DNA of 32,000 nucleotides from an uncultured bacterium (GTDB lineage Bacteria; GCA-001730085): NCBI GenBank assembly GCA_964565945.1, contig CAZMGY010000012.1, positions 107,778 to 139,777 of the forward strand, read 5' to 3'. Shown piece by piece: positions 29,495 to 32,000 of this stretch (position 1 is its first letter; each line of letters starts with the position of its first letter). The notes under the pieces were generated by a model. It saw only the letters and a program-made list of their open reading frames with translations, ran no database searches and was not told where the DNA came from. The position numbers and the translations under genes were made by a program.

Positions 29495-32000
29495 ATGATG
29501 AATCGTTCATTAATGGTATCATTTTTAACTATTAATTTCGTCATTAGCTTTTTTATTACTGACCTAATGGCCCTTGCTACCCCCTCTTATTTTGCAAACG
29601 AATCTCGCATAGGAAACCCTGCAGAGGCTCCAACCCTAGGCATAAATAGACTTCCAAACATCTTTCTAATGCAAGAAGACCATCCAGAGTCAGTTAATGA
29701 GAACATCATCGCTAGCCTGGAAAAACTTGAACAGGATTTTGAAAATTACCGCACCCAAGCATCTGCAGAAGACCTGTTAAAGAAAAAAAGGTATATACAA
29801 ATTATCGAAAAGTTTAAAAAACTAGTGTCCGACGAATATTTTAAGTGTTTAGAGGAGAAAAAATTATGTTACGAGAAGAAAATTCCGAAGTCGTGGGGTC
29901 ACAATAATGTTTTTGTTGCATTTCCTCACGCAGAAAAAATCCATACGTGTTTTCAGGAAAGGATTGAAAAGCAAAAATTGTTATTGGAGGGAGGTGGGCA
30001 ATGGGAAGATTTTAAAATTTACGTGACACAAGAAGCAAGTTCAGATAAGACTCTCCCGCATTTTCTAAAACATATCCAATTAAACCTATTACTGGAAAAA
30101 GCAGAACAAGAAGTAAAAGCTGTACCTATCTCTCAAAATTATTCAAGCCTGCAAGGTACTGATTCATATCATAGCAATTACCCAGCTATTCAATTAAGCG
30201 TGGAAAACAACATAAAACTGCTTACTCTCAATACTCTTGTCAAAATTATTCATCTCGGATTACCTCGTAGCTTAACCCCTTCTTTCTCGCCAGCTCTTTT
30301 TGGCGAAATCAAACGAGCGGCATTCAATCGCATCAATCAAGTGATTGAAGTACATTTTGGTACATTTAGGGTGCAGGAATGGTCTTCTGTTTTAACCATT
30401 TCAGAACATGCTCTAACCACAGATGAACAAAAAGAATGCATGATTGAACATTACAAAAAAGCCTTTACTAGGTGCTCAAAAATAATATTTTCAGCCAAAC
30501 AAGAGAGCGATCAGATTAAAATGCTTAACCTGCTGCTTACGATCGCCATGGATGACGTCGACATTCCCCTAGAAGGAATCAAGGTCGCTAACTCAGTTTT
30601 AAGTCTCGCTGTGACAGAGTATCGTCAAAAAATCACACAGCTTCTTATCCAACATATCACAAATGAGCGAAAAATTAATAGCTATAAGCCCGCTGCTCTT
30701 AATGCTCTCAAATTTGCCTGTTCAAATGATTTAAGCGAAGTGTTTGACTTTTTCTTAGAAGATCTCGAAAAAAAACCTTTGTTCTTACAGGATGAAGAGG
30801 TATTACAAATTCTTTTGAACTTCATGAGAATGAGTCGCTTTAAGCCACCTTCCAGGCGCATTCTTAACCTCTTAATGGACTGGTCCCTTACCCTTCAAGT
30901 TAAGAAAAGATCCCTACCCAGCCCTTTAGTCGAAATTGTGAACGAAGCTGTTATTCAAAATCCACATGAGGCATACCTCCTCTACGAAAAGCTTGATTCT
31001 CATTTCCAAAGGCATCTGGAAACACTGGTTCAAGAATCTCTAGACCCATCAGAGTCTAGAAGTCCTCTACAACTCTTGCAAACAGGGTATTCATTGACGA
31101 ATGATCTCGATCTTCAGAGACTGGCTAAAAGTAACGCCGACCACTTGCAAAGGGCAAAGCCATTTATTGCAAAACTATCCGAGTATGCTCTGGAATCAAT
31201 TCGCATCGAACAGGATTATAATGATGGGATAACATTAAATCCGATGAAAAAAATATCTCGAAAGCAGCGCCGTAAAATCTTCGCTATCGAGGGAAGCGAA
31301 ATCCTTCGGGATCTATCATTGGTGTATAGACGGAGCGAAGGATTGCAGGGGCACGTCGAACGCTCAGAGGCTATTACCTTTGCAAAATGGATTCTAGCCG
31401 ATCTCAGAAACATTCCATACATAGCTACAATTCCTCCCACAACGATTGCAGATTTTATTTTGACTGAATGGTATGAAAGACTTAAAACCCTGGAATGCAC
31501 TAATGAGCATAGCCAGAGAGCGGTTGATGCTCTTGTTTTTGCAAACCTCATCGACAAAAACGTACAATTATCAACTATCGAAATTCTCTTAGAGAATTTT
31601 GGATACCAAAACAACAAAGGGTGCCAGGTTAATCGAAAGAGCAAGATTGCGAAAACTCCCATGGCAACCACTAGTATAGGCTTTCGAGAGGCGGTTGTTG
31701 ATCAAGTCGCTACCTCAATGACCTACGCACGCAAAAAAAACCTCCCCGAGATTGCTCAGAGGACTCAATGCCATGCGCCAATGCCTATGCTCACACCAAT
31801 AAAAGCTACTGACGGTGGAGCCTTTCGACTGTCATCTTTCTCTTTGGAACAACAAGAGCCTTCTGTATCCCTGAAAAGCACTCAGGCAAACACCGACAGC
31901 ATTCCAGAGGAAGTGGACTTGGCAAACTTCTTAACCAAAGTTGTTCAGCTTACATCAAAGCTTGATCCCAAGAGTCAAGCCTACAAACTTGTTGCTCAAG
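29495..32000 (+). CDS. Large secreted or membrane-anchored protein of unknown function; 3' end outside the window (>=835 codons)
   Basis: This ORF is not in the supplied track because it has no stop inside the window. I translated it codon by codon from ATGATG at 29495 to 31999 and found no stop. The N terminus MMNRSLMVSFLTINFVISFFITDLMALA|TP looks like a Sec signal peptide with an A-x-A site. AAGGAA lies upstream. The rest reads as mostly helical, with no motif I recognise. Confidence 0.75.
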   Translation, partial: MMNRSLMVSFLTINFVISFFITDLMALATPSYFANESRIGNPAEAPTLGINRLPNIFLMQEDHPESVNENIIASLEKLEQDFENYRTQASAEDLLKKKRYIQIIEKFKKLVSDEYFKCLEEKKLCYEKKIPKSWGHNNVFVAFPHAEKIHTCFQERIEKQKLLLEGGGQWEDFKIYVTQEASSDKTLPHFLKHIQLNLLLEKAEQEVKAVPISQNYSSLQGTDSYHSNYPAIQLSVENNIKLLTLNTLVKIIHLGLPRSLTPSFSPALFGEIKRAAFNRINQVIEVHFGTFRVQEWSSVLTISEHALTTDEQKECMIEHYKKAFTRCSKIIFSAKQESDQIKMLNLLLTIAMDDVDIPLEGIKVANSVLSLAVTEYRQKITQLLIQHITNERKINSYKPAALNALKFACSNDLSEVFDFFLEDLEKKPLFLQDEEVLQILLNFMRMSRFKPPSRRILNLLMDWSLTLQVKKRSLPSPLVEIVNEAVIQNPHEAYLLYEKLDSHFQRHLETLVQESLDPSESRSPLQLLQTGYSLTNDLDLQRLAKSNADHLQRAKPFIAKLSEYALESIRIEQDYNDGITLNPMKKISRKQRRKIFAIEGSEILRDLSLVYRRSEGLQGHVERSEAITFAKWILADLRNIPYIATIPPTTIADFILTEWYERLKTLECTNEHSQRAVDALVFANLIDKNVQLSTIEILLENFGYQNNKGCQVNRKSKIAKTPMATTSIGFREAVVDQVATSMTYARKKNLPEIAQRTQCHAPMPMLTPIKATDGGAFRLSSFSLEQQEPSVSLKSTQANTDSIPEEVDLANFLTKVVQLTSKLDPKSQAYKLVAQ

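Noticed and set aside
31216-31671. A 151-aa minus-strand ORF, the only track entry in the last 2.6 kb
   Set aside because: It lies antisense inside the 835+-codon plus-strand frame that is open to the window edge. The long frame is the far more likely gene.
1-32000. A search for CRISPR arrays, tandem DNA repeats, rRNA and tRNA genes
   Set aside because: I could not see any regularly spaced direct repeats, long tandem repeats or RNA-gene signatures in any intergenic region. This was by eye only, and a tRNAscan, Infernal or repeat-finder run would be more reliable.

Overview
This window looks like a low-GC, gene-dense bacterial chromosomal segment, read by eye only, and I saw no rRNA, tRNA or CRISPR array. 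Most genes are recognisable housekeeping genes. On the + strand, 1-6114 holds a 5'-truncated prepilin-like H-X9-DG protein, pfkA, a small lipoprotein, a TPR/SPOR protein, miaA, two CUT1-type sugar ABC permeases and a polytopic membrane protein. On the - strand, 6111-11927 holds two tandem GAF-GGDEF diguanylate cyclases, the MalK/UgpC-type ABC ATPase and typA. An AT-rich accessory patch at 11928-14126 follows, with about 550 bp of non-coding DNA, a lipoprotein gene, a frameshifted IS1380-like transposase remnant and a G/C-homopolymer hairpin. After that come a cyclophilin lipoprotein (-), pdxH, a YgjP/M48 peptidase, a 1020-aa orphan membrane-anchored protein, recA, a 1648-aa giant ORF, an AsmA-like gene (-), yebC, ruvC and ruvA. 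A large ORF at 29495->32000 is absent from the supplied ORF track because it runs off the window. The H-X9-DG pseudopilin-like gene hints at the PVC superphylum (Lentisphaerae, Verrucomicrobia or Planctomycetes-like), but that is inference only. The strongest candidate for something undescribed is the 1648-aa ORF. It fuses a five-fold repeated, ~20-helix membrane domain and an unknown soluble region to a full-length glutamine-dependent NAD+ synthetase-like module. In that module the glutaminase catalytic triad is kept, but the ATP-binding PP-loop and NKSE motifs are degenerate. Secondary leads are the two large orphan proteins, the diguanylate cyclase pair wedged inside a split ABC transporter that has no binding-protein gene, and the structured leader upstream of the giant ORF.
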